A stretch of DNA of 64,000 bases from contig JBBFKW010000005.1 in assembly GCA_037481835.1 (NCBI GenBank), forward strand, positions 64,001 through 128,000, in the 5' to 3' direction. This document shows, piece after piece, positions 39,784 to 47,996 of this stretch. The stretch is from Desulfosoma sp. GTDB taxonomy: Bacteria > Desulfobacterota > Syntrophobacteria > Syntrophobacterales > DSM-9756. The translations under genes and the position numbers were made by a program. Below the pieces are notes generated by a model. That model ran no database searches, was not told the DNA's origin, and saw only the letters and a list, made by a program, of their open reading frames with translations. Numbering within the stretch: position 1 is the first letter of the stretch; every line of letters begins with the position of its first letter.

Positions 39784-41055
39784 CTACCGGGGATAGGTTT
39801 CCTTCATGAAGGCCGTGCACGCCGTCGTCACGGCGGAGGCCGCCAGCAGCGCAAGGAGCATGGCGCTGTAGGCTTCCACGGGATAGCCCACACCGGGTTT
39901 TGCGCCGTAGGCATCCAGCAGCCGCCCCAAGAGGGGCATGGCTGCGGCACCCCCGAGAAAAGGAAAGAGGTTCAAAGCGCCCAAGCACGTTCCCGCAATG
40001 TCCGCCGGAAAGAGCTCCTTTGCGGCCGTGAAGGCCACCACCACAACCGAGGACGAGCTGATGGAAAAGAGGAAAAAAAACGCCGTGAGCAGCCCCACGG
40101 GGAGGCCCGATGGGAATCCGTAAAGGAACCCCAGTTCCACGGTCATCGTGACGGCGCACCCCACCAGGAGCTTTTTTCGGCTTTTGAGCACCCGGTCGGA
40201 AATGATGCCCATGAGCGGCCCGCCCACGATCATTCCCCAGGCGATGAGGCTCAAGACGGCTCCGGCCTTCTCGCGGCTCATGCCGTAGACGTGCATGAGG
40301 TAGGGACCGCTCCACAGGCCGCCGAAGCCGAAAAAGATTCCGTAATTTAAAAAACACCAGAGCGCAAAAACCCAAAACTGCCCCGATTGAAGCACGCGGC
40401 CGAGCCCCTGGAAAAGGGCCGACGCCCCGGGGTTGGATGCGGCGCCCGCGGCCGAGCGGTGCGGATTCTTCACCGGGAAGAGGCCCGTTTCTTCCGCGGG
40501 ACGATCCCGAACCACAAGCCACACCACAAGCGAAATGGCCGCGGTGAGCGCTCCGATCAACTGAAACGAGGTCCTCCAGCCCAAAACGCCCGCAAGCCAG
40601 GCAAGGAGCCAGGTGGCCGCCAAGATGCCCAGGCCCCCCACGGCGTTGAGCAGCCCCGAAACGGAGGCGAATTCGGTGGGGCGAAACCACTGGGCAAGAA
40701 TTTTCATCGTGGGGATAAAGACCATGGCCGCACCGATGCCCACCAGGAATCGGCCCGCGAACGCCCAGGAAAGCGACGGGGCCAGCCCGAAGAGCGCACT
40801 GCCCACCGCAGCGAGGATGGTGAAAAAGGCCACCGTCTTTCGAGGACCGAGGGAATCGGACAGGAGCCCGGCAGGGAATTGCATGAGGGCGTAACAATAA
40901 AAATAAACGGAGCCCAAGAGTCCCAAGGACCCCGCCGACGTCTGAAAAGCCCGGGACAGTTCTTCCGCCACCACTGTCAGGGAAAGCCGATGGAAATAAA
41001 CGAAGAGATACGCACAGGCCAAAGCACCGAAAATGAACCAGCGCTGATGCTTCAT
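39784..41055 (-). CDS. MFS transporter
   Basis: About 12 hydrophobic segments; GLLSDSLGPRK and GIISDRVLKSRK motif-A loops. Confidence 0.9.
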   Translation of the reverse strand: MKHQRWFIFGALACAYLFVYFHRLSLTVVAEELSRAFQTSAGSLGLLGSVYFYCYALMQFPAGLLSDSLGPRKTVAFFTILAAVGSALFGLAPSLSWAFAGRFLVGIGAAMVFIPTMKILAQWFRPTEFASVSGLLNAVGGLGILAATWLLAWLAGVLGWRTSFQLIGALTAAISLVVWLVVRDRPAEETGLFPVKNPHRSAAGAASNPGASALFQGLGRVLQSGQFWVFALWCFLNYGIFFGFGGLWSGPYLMHVYGMSREKAGAVLSLIAWGMIVGGPLMGIISDRVLKSRKKLLVGCAVTMTVELGFLYGFPSGLPVGLLTAFFFLFSISSSSVVVVAFTAAKELFPADIAGTCLGALNLFPFLGGAAAMPLLGRLLDAYGAKPGVGYPVEAYSAMLLALLAASAVTTACTAFMKETYPR

Positions 41056-41087
41056 GACGTCACCTCAAGCCCCCCGGGGCAAAGCCT

Positions 41088-41888
41088 CTAGAGCCGTTCC
41101 AAGTGTTCCGGAGGATCGGCCCCCGGCGGTCGGACCTTCCGTCGGACTTCCTCTCGCAGCTTTTCCATCTCCACGCCCGTGAGCTCCCGCTGCGGCGCCT
41201 CCAGGACCAGCGGGGCCTCCATGTGCGCGTAGACGGTCGTCCCGGTGAGGATGCCTCGTGTCTTGGTGACGATGTGTTGGAGCATCCATCCCGAATCGCC
41301 GATGAGCACGGCGAAGCAAAACGACCCGTAGACCGTCTCCAAAATCCGAGCCCGCGCGACGGGCCCATCGGTCAGGATCGTCACGGTCCCTTCCTTGAGT
41401 TTCTCGTCCTCGGGATCCCGGGCGGCGACCACCGTCAGGCCGTCGATGCGGATTTCCCTTTTGACTAGAGGGCGTCGCACCCGCGAGGCCACATAATCCA
41501 AAACCACCCGGTGATTGGCTTCATCCACGGGTGAGAACCCGTGATAGTTCAAGTCGCCGTGGGAATGAATCCACCCGTTGACGACCCATCCCGGCTGGAG
41601 TTCTTCGTGAAAGGCCAAAAGATCCCGACTGTCCAGGCTTGTGTATTGCTGCAAATTGGCGGCATTCCGCGGAAGCCCGATATCCCTGATGACCTCGGGA
41701 CGGTCTTCTTCCCCTAAAGTGAGCCCGTACCATTCGTAGCTTTCCCCGTAAAGCTCGCGCACCAGGGAGGAAACGGCCAAGGCCTTGCTGCGCGCATAGC
41801 CCGTCATGGTCACCCGATCGGGAAATCGGCCCAAGGGAATTTCCAGCAGGGACGGCCTTTTCAAATCGTTAAGTCTTTTCAGCTTCAT
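41088..41888 (-). CDS. JAB/MPN+ (JAMM) metalloprotease-like protein
   Basis: EWYGLTLG (cf. Rpn11 EVMGLMLG) and GWIHSHGDLNYHGFSPVD (HxH..SxxD). Confidence 0.72.
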   Translation of the reverse strand: MKLKRLNDLKRPSLLEIPLGRFPDRVTMTGYARSKALAVSSLVRELYGESYEWYGLTLGEEDRPEVIRDIGLPRNAANLQQYTSLDSRDLLAFHEELQPGWVVNGWIHSHGDLNYHGFSPVDEANHRVVLDYVASRVRRPLVKREIRIDGLTVVAARDPEDEKLKEGTVTILTDGPVARARILETVYGSFCFAVLIGDSGWMLQHIVTKTRGILTGTTVYAHMEAPLVLEAPQRELTGVEMEKLREEVRRKVRPPGADPPEHLERL

Positions 41889-41904
41889 GGCCGCGAGGGC
41901 TCCT

Positions 41905-43008
41905 TTAGGCCAAAGCCGCCTTGACCTGCATGGCGTTCACTTCGTAGTCGCCCGTATGGGTTCCGGGCAGAGAAAACATGGGCTCCAGAAGCACCCGATG
42001 GAGGATGCTCGTCAGTCCCCGCGCACCCACCCCTTCTTGTTCCGCCCGGCGTGCCACCTCCAAGACGGCCTCATCGGTAAAAATCAGCCGAATGCCCCAC
42101 GCTTCGAAGTCCTTGATGAAGGCTTGCAGCGGGCTGTCCTCGCTCTTGGTGAGAATGTCCCGAAGGTTGGCCGTGGTGAGCGCATTGTAGACCACGCGGA
42201 CGGGCAGCCGCGCCATGAGTTGCCGTTCCATGCCGTAGCGCACCAAATCGTCCGGCAGGAGGTGATCCCGCCACAGTCCCTTGATCCCGAGGCGCTCCAT
42301 GCGCTTTTGAACGATCTCTTCCAGCCCTTCAAAAGCCCCTCCGGCGATAAACAGGACGTGACGGGTAGACAGGGTGAGGCGGTCCTTTCCGAATTCGATG
42401 GTGTTTTCCATCCCCTCCAGCATCTTGAGGAGCCCTTTTTGGACGCCTTTTCCCGAAACATCTTTGGTCAGGGTCTTTTCCGAGGCGATCTTGTCGATCT
42501 CGTCAAGATAGACCATGCCCGTTTGCGCCGTCAGCGCATGCCCGCCCGCCGAAACCAGAAGGTCCACCAGAATGTCCGAAGTGCTCTGTCCCACGTAGCC
42601 TGTTTCGCTGAACTTGGTGAGGTCTTCCACGATGAAAGGGACCCCGACTAACCGCGACGCCACCTCGCACGTATAGGTTTTTCCGCAGCCCGTCGGCCCC
42701 ACGATGAGGATGTTGGCCTTGGGGGTCTTGACCCGCTGTAAGGCCTTTGCCACATCGCCGCCGCTGTGCGAGGCCGCTTCCTGTAAGGCCGCCCCCAAAC
42801 GGCGGTAGTGGTAGGCAATGGCGGTGGCCAGGATCTTTTTCCCCTTTTCCTGACCAATGACGTACCGGTCCATTTCGGCCTTGAGCTGCGACGGAGTCTT
42901 GTCGAAGCCGGCGATGTGTTCCACGGTCTGGGCGGTCTTTCGGTCCCGCACTCCGTCCATTTTTTCTTGGATCCTCAACCGGCTTTCAGGAGCCATGGGC
43001 TCAGCCAT
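41905..43008 (-). CDS. Divergent ClpX/HslU-clade AAA+ ATPase lacking the zinc-binding N-domain
   Basis: YVIGQ, GPTGCGKT, GYVG pore loop, YLDEIDKI, DVSGKGVQ, GGAFEGL, RLPV, GARGL. Confidence 0.88.
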   Translation of the reverse strand: MAEPMAPESRLRIQEKMDGVRDRKTAQTVEHIAGFDKTPSQLKAEMDRYVIGQEKGKKILATAIAYHYRRLGAALQEAASHSGGDVAKALQRVKTPKANILIVGPTGCGKTYTCEVASRLVGVPFIVEDLTKFSETGYVGQSTSDILVDLLVSAGGHALTAQTGMVYLDEIDKIASEKTLTKDVSGKGVQKGLLKMLEGMENTIEFGKDRLTLSTRHVLFIAGGAFEGLEEIVQKRMERLGIKGLWRDHLLPDDLVRYGMERQLMARLPVRVVYNALTTANLRDILTKSEDSPLQAFIKDFEAWGIRLIFTDEAVLEVARRAEQEGVGARGLTSILHRVLLEPMFSLPGTHTGDYEVNAMQVKAALA

Positions 43009-43447
43009 AGGACGCCTCCAGGGCCCGTTTCTTGGCGGCGTAAAACCGATAGAGAAAGGCATAGGAATAGCGCGAGAGCAGCCGCGGAGCGATATTGGGG
43101 TTGAGGGCGTAAAGCGGCCGGCACAGCAGAAGGTCTTCCGGGGTTTCGGCCCACGCACGGTAAGGGCCTTCAATGCGGGTGGCGATGGTCTCGACAATTG
43201 CATAGGATTCGGGAGGAACGAGCGCAAACAGGGGGACCGGAACGGGCGCCTTCCGAAGCGCTCCCTGGGCAAGAGCACGAGCCGCCGTCTCTGTCTCCGG
43301 CTCCTCGTCCAGCCGCCTCAGGAAATCTTTTCCGTCCACGCCGAAAGCCGTGAGGACGGACGCCACGCGGGTAAACGCGTCGGGTTGAAAAACCAGGGGC
43401 GTCTTGCCCTGTTCCCTGTGCTTTCGAATGGCATCCCTGATGGCCAT
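43001..43447 (-). CDS. Hypothetical protein (148 aa)
   Basis: Co-oriented ORF whose stop overlaps the ATPase start by 8 bp; no recognisable motif. Confidence 0.65.
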   Translation of the reverse strand: MAIRDAIRKHREQGKTPLVFQPDAFTRVASVLTAFGVDGKDFLRRLDEEPETETAARALAQGALRKAPVPVPLFALVPPESYAIVETIATRIEGPYRAWAETPEDLLLCRPLYALNPNIAPRLLSRYSYAFLYRFYAAKKRALEASYG

Positions 43448-43600
43448 GTCTTTTCCCCGGATGATTCCGTTATGCCGGCAGACGGCTTCCCATGCGGGCA
43501 GGGGCGACCCCACGACACCCTTTTAGTCGAAGCGCCTCCAGCCTATTCGCTCCGCCCCAAACCCTGTTTTCCGCCGGGTCGCTCCAGCCCCGTCTCGCAC

Positions 43601-44812
43601 TCACGAAAAGGCGTTGGTCACGGGAACTTCTCCGGAAAGGCAGCGCGGGTCGTCCGACGGGATCTTCAAGTCGTCGAAGTGAATATCTCCTTGGAAGCCG
43701 GAGAAGTGATCCAGTCGATGATAGCCGTTTCTTTTTCGGGGATCGTACCCGTGATACAAGGCGTTCAGGCCGTCTTCCAGCGACCGGATGATGTGAGCCG
43801 CCGTAAAGGTTCGCCCTGCCGGTGAGTGCCCGAGACAGATTCTCTGCCAGGGCTGATGGCGCGGCAAAAGAGGGTGCTTGTAGCTGTCCACGACCACGGG
43901 CCAGAGGTCCTGGGAAGTCACGGCCACGCGGCAATCGGGGAAAAGGTACAGCCGGTTGTAGTAATCCCTCAGAGCATATCGGCCGCTCCGCTTGTAGATC
44001 ACGAGCTCTCCGTCGGAAGCCCTTGCGAAAAAACCGAAGCCGTCCACTTCCAGAGCCCCTCGCGTGAGCACAAAGAGCATGAAGCCCAAGGCGGGCGCGG
44101 GCCAATCCCAATACGGGCGAAGCTTTTCCCGAAAATTTTCCTGTTCCTTCCCCAAAGCTTCACGCCACGCCATCTCTAAGGAAGCCTCCAGGTCCCTTTG
44201 CAGGGTCTCGGCTCCAACGATCCGCCTCCCGGCGTCGTCGCACCCTTCACGCCCAAAGGGGCCCGGAAGCTTGGGCACTCCACGTTCGACGTCTTGGCGC
44301 CGGATATCCACAGCCCACCGATGAAAGCGTTCCGGCACTCCGACCTTTTTTGAAAGCCACAAGGCCAGGGCTTGGGGTCTGTTTCCGGCCGATTTCACCC
44401 ACGCGGGCAGACGCACAAACCGGGGAAGCACCTGGAAAAGCGCGGTTTCCAGGTGGACCGTGTTTCCAAGGACGATCCGAGCTTTTCCCTTGCCGAAAAG
44501 ATCCCGGCAGACCTTTTTTCGAATCCCTGAGGCAAGCTGCGGGAAAAGCACGGGGGCGTGACGGACGAGCCCCTCCCATGCGATGGTTTCGATGTAAGGA
44601 ACCCCTTCATGGAAAACGACCTTCGGCCCGTGGACGCCCCTTTGAAAGACTCCGGCGAAAGCTCCGCCTTCGCCCGCCTTTCGAAGCTCCCGAGCGGTCT
44701 CGGGATCCATCGGGCATGGAAGATAGACGCTCCCGCCCTTGAAAAGGACTCTGTGGTCTTGGAGATCGTCAAAAAATCTTGAGAAATGGTTTTTCTTCAC
44801 CCGGCTTTTCAT
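43601..44812 (-). CDS. Hypothetical protein with putative C-terminal E2/UBC-like domain
   Basis: Beta-rich segment, then YKHPLLPRHQPWQRICLG, then a helix (IIRSLEDGLNALY). ATGA overlap with the upstream gene. Confidence 0.55.
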   Translation of the reverse strand: MKSRVKKNHFSRFFDDLQDHRVLFKGGSVYLPCPMDPETARELRKAGEGGAFAGVFQRGVHGPKVVFHEGVPYIETIAWEGLVRHAPVLFPQLASGIRKKVCRDLFGKGKARIVLGNTVHLETALFQVLPRFVRLPAWVKSAGNRPQALALWLSKKVGVPERFHRWAVDIRRQDVERGVPKLPGPFGREGCDDAGRRIVGAETLQRDLEASLEMAWREALGKEQENFREKLRPYWDWPAPALGFMLFVLTRGALEVDGFGFFARASDGELVIYKRSGRYALRDYYNRLYLFPDCRVAVTSQDLWPVVVDSYKHPLLPRHQPWQRICLGHSPAGRTFTAAHIIRSLEDGLNALYHGYDPRKRNGYHRLDHFSGFQGDIHFDDLKIPSDDPRCLSGEVPVTNAFS

Positions 44813-45207
44813 CGCCCTTTCTCGCAAACATGAACCGGGGCGGGAAAGCCTCCCTCCTGGGGCCTTAGAGCCCTTACGGCCACGTAATAATACTTTTCAC
44901 CCTCATCGGTTTCTTCCACCCGGGCCCGTTCCAGGGGATCTCCCTCAATGGGCCGTCCTGCACACAAAAGGACCCCTCTTTCCATCTGCAGGAGAATGTC
45001 CTCGAGAATTTCCCGCTCTTCAATGGAGAGGTCCTGTCTCGCGAGAATCACGTCTACCAGCTCTTGGAGCGTCTTGCCTTCATAAGTTCCCGGCTCGAAG
45101 ACCTCCAGAAGTCCCTCGGCCGCCTGCCCCGGAAGGATTTCCACCACGAGAGGCACCGGCAATTTCCGCCGTTCCTTTTCTTTTTCCTCAAGAACCCGAA
45201 TCGTCAT
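44809..45207 (-). CDS. Putative ubiquitin-like (beta-grasp) protein with masked C-terminal GG
   Basis: KTLQELV helix start, VLLCAGRPIE (cf. ubiquitin RLIFAGKQLE), YVAVRALRPQEGG plus a 12-aa tail. Confidence 0.55.
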   Translation of the reverse strand: MTIRVLEEKEKERRKLPVPLVVEILPGQAAEGLLEVFEPGTYEGKTLQELVDVILARQDLSIEEREILEDILLQMERGVLLCAGRPIEGDPLERARVEETDEGEKYYYVAVRALRPQEGGFPAPVHVCEKGR

Positions 45208-45707
45208 CTTAGGCCCCGATTGTTTCGCGGTTTTTCTGTTATTTTGACATGGAATTTTAAGAAGTCAAAAACCGGCGACAGGCCCCTGCACAAAGGGCGG
45301 GTCTTTGCTTTGACAATCTTGAAGGAGCCGCCTTGCAGGCCATGGGATTCGCGGCAAAGCCCGATCCCATCCTTGGAGCTTTTCGGGGCTGTCGGAGCCT
45401 GTTCGGCGACACTGGATTCCCGGGCACGCCCTATCCTACGCAGGAAGGTCCCTGACCGGGGCAAGCCCTGTCGTCCGGCGGGCGGATCTTCACAGTGCCT
45501 CGGGCATGCCGGCCCGCCACATGAGGCATGCCGATGAGGACCATTATGGGGGTGCCGTTTTTCACCCGTGCGGGGCACATTCCCCCGCCAGGCCTCGTGC
45601 GTCGCAGGACTTCCCGGCCGCATTCCTCCCCCGGGCGCTTTGACATCCACACTCCCGACGAGTGTCCGGAGCCATCTCAGGCATGGATCTTCGGGGATGC
45701 GCGCGTC

Positions 45708-47993
45708 TTAGGGCTCTCGACGTCTTTTTTCTGCAACAGCCGACAAGATCGCCTGAACCCTGGGATGCCCCTTCATCGTGTCCAGATCCCAAGGCACTTT
45801 CCGTCTCCAGTTGGGATGTTCCGTGACGGTGCCCGGCACGTTGACTTGGTCGGGGACACCGCACAGGTCTTCCAGGGACAAGGCCAAGAGCTTCGATCCG
45901 GTCGCCGCCAGATAACGATAAACGGCCGCCGCACGATCGCGGCTCTGAGTCTCTTCGTCGGGAAAGCCCGGCATGTCGATTTCGTCCTCCACGTACCCCC
46001 ATGCCGAGAGAAGCTTGCGCAAGGCTTTTTGATCGGCGGTTCGGCCGAGAAGCATTTTTTCGCGAACCTCTTCGCTGGGGAAAAGATCCAGGCTTTCCCG
46101 AACCCGAAGGTCCTGGCCCTGCCAAAATCCTTCGAGAGTGGGAAGATCATGAGTGGAGAACGAGGCGACGGAAAAGGGCGGGTAGTTTTCGGGAGGCGGG
46201 AAAGAGCCGTCTTCCAGCCTTTCGAAAAAGCAGAGCCGGCAGCCGAAAAGGCGGGTCTCTTCCATGGCGGCGCGGACGCGGTCGGGAACGGTTCCCAGGT
46301 CTTCTCCGACCACGAGGCACCGGTTTCTCTCACTTTCCAAAAGCACAAGGCCCAAGAGATCCTCGAACGGGTACCGCACATAGGCGCCGTGTCGCGCATC
46401 CAGACCCGCCGGGATCCAGAACTGGCGCATGAGACCCATGACATGGTCGATGCGAAGGGCTCCGAAATCGCTCATGTTGGCCCGCAGCATGGCAATAAAC
46501 GGCTCGTAGGCGGCATCCTTGAGAGCCTGCGGCAAAAAGGGGCACACTCCCCATTCCTGCCCTTTCGGGTTGAAATCGTCCGGTGGAGCTCCAATGCGCA
46601 CCGTTAGGGCAAAAAGCGACGGGGTCAACCAGGTGTCCAGGCCGGCAGGGTCCACCCCCACGGGAAGATCCCCGTAAAGGCCGACGGCCAGGCCCCGCTC
46701 CCACGAGCGACGCCCGCAGGCGGCAAGCTGTTCCCATGCGTTCCACGCCACATAGAGGAAAAACGTCACGGCCTCGCCGTGCTCCTTGGCGAACTCCGCC
46801 ACCGCGGAAGACTTCGGATCGTGGTATGCCCGGGGCCAAAGGGGCCAGCCCCACACTGAAGGATCGCTCCGCCGAAAATGGGCATCCAAGGCATGGAAGA
46901 CCCCGTAACTTTCCAAGTCCTTGCCGCCGTCTTCCACGAATCGGCGAAACCTTCGAGCCCGTTCGGAATCTTTTGTGAGATGATGGTCCCTGAAATGCCT
47001 GTAAAGCTTCTCCAAAGCTTCCCGTTGGATCGGCCAGGCCGTTTCGTAATCCACCAAGGGGGCCCGCCGAGCGGCCTCACACGCCTCCCGGATATGATCC
47101 TCGCCGAACCAGCGACGCACCTCCTCAGACTCCCAAAACTCCGGGATCGCTTCCACGTCCACATACCACGGCTGCAGGAAACGCCGGCTGGAGGGACCAT
47201 AGGGGCTGACCTTGGAAGGGTCCTCGGGAAAAAGGAGCCACACCGGGTTGATCCCCACAAAGCCCGCTCCCACATCGGCAGCCCAGTCGAGCAGCGCCCG
47301 AAGATCGGAAAAGGTGCCGATTCCCCAGTTCTTATTCGAGCGAATCCCGTAGAGTTGGGCTGTGAGGCCCCACGTTTTCCTTTCCCCGGCAAGCGATTCC
47401 GGCACGTAAGCCTGCCGGGGAACGACGATCAGTTTCTGCCGAGCGGGCATTTCGGAAAGTCCCGCCCCGACAAAAACTTCCAAATCGTGGTACCCGATCC
47501 CCAAGGGTTCCTGGATATAGAGCACGCGACGGCTGTATCGGCCGCCGGGTCCTCCCCGTTCCTCCACCCCTTGAAGGGCGCCGATCCTTCCTTCCCCCAG
47601 CGTTTCCCATCCGTCCTCCCGGCGCAGCCGCCAACGATATGGAACACGGTCATGGGATTCGGGATAGGTGAGCATGACGGCAATGGGCGCCGTTCCCACG
47701 GGGACGACCTGGACCGGTTCCACCACGTTGCGGACGGCGCGCGCCTCAAGGGCTTCGAGGGTTTGGATGAGATCGTCCCGGCTCGCGGCGCAAAACCCGA
47801 AGCCTTCGAGCAGGGCCTTCAGGACGGCATCGTCCACGTCGTGGCGCACCCCTGAAACGTCCTCATAATGGGGGTCCACGCCGCACAAGGTCGCCACATG
47901 TTCCAAGAGAACCCGGTCCGGACTGCGTTTTCGCCCCTCGGGGTCTTCCATAAACGACGCTCGAAGCTTTTCGGGAAATCTATGGGGATTCAT
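45708..47993 (-). CDS. malQ: 4-alpha-glucanotransferase (amylomaltase, GH77)
   Basis: QLYGIRS..WGIG, SPYGPSSRRF, GAPPDDF, RIDHVMG, GEDLGTVP, STHDLPT. Confidence 0.95.
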   Translation of the reverse strand: MNPHRFPEKLRASFMEDPEGRKRSPDRVLLEHVATLCGVDPHYEDVSGVRHDVDDAVLKALLEGFGFCAASRDDLIQTLEALEARAVRNVVEPVQVVPVGTAPIAVMLTYPESHDRVPYRWRLRREDGWETLGEGRIGALQGVEERGGPGGRYSRRVLYIQEPLGIGYHDLEVFVGAGLSEMPARQKLIVVPRQAYVPESLAGERKTWGLTAQLYGIRSNKNWGIGTFSDLRALLDWAADVGAGFVGINPVWLLFPEDPSKVSPYGPSSRRFLQPWYVDVEAIPEFWESEEVRRWFGEDHIREACEAARRAPLVDYETAWPIQREALEKLYRHFRDHHLTKDSERARRFRRFVEDGGKDLESYGVFHALDAHFRRSDPSVWGWPLWPRAYHDPKSSAVAEFAKEHGEAVTFFLYVAWNAWEQLAACGRRSWERGLAVGLYGDLPVGVDPAGLDTWLTPSLFALTVRIGAPPDDFNPKGQEWGVCPFLPQALKDAAYEPFIAMLRANMSDFGALRIDHVMGLMRQFWIPAGLDARHGAYVRYPFEDLLGLVLLESERNRCLVVGEDLGTVPDRVRAAMEETRLFGCRLCFFERLEDGSFPPPENYPPFSVASFSTHDLPTLEGFWQGQDLRVRESLDLFPSEEVREKMLLGRTADQKALRKLLSAWGYVEDEIDMPGFPDEETQSRDRAAAVYRYLAATGSKLLALSLEDLCGVPDQVNVPGTVTEHPNWRRKVPWDLDTMKGHPRVQAILSAVAEKRRREP

Positions 47994-47996
47994 GGT

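Noticed and set aside
39784..41055. MFS transporter as a member of the Ubl cluster
   Set aside because: Only 32 bp downstream and co-oriented, so co-transcription is possible, but it is a generic MFS with no functional link; synteny data are needed.
45271..45707. ncRNA or small gene between malQ and the Ubl gene
   Set aside because: Only short GC-rich hairpins and low-complexity ORFs; nothing I can support.
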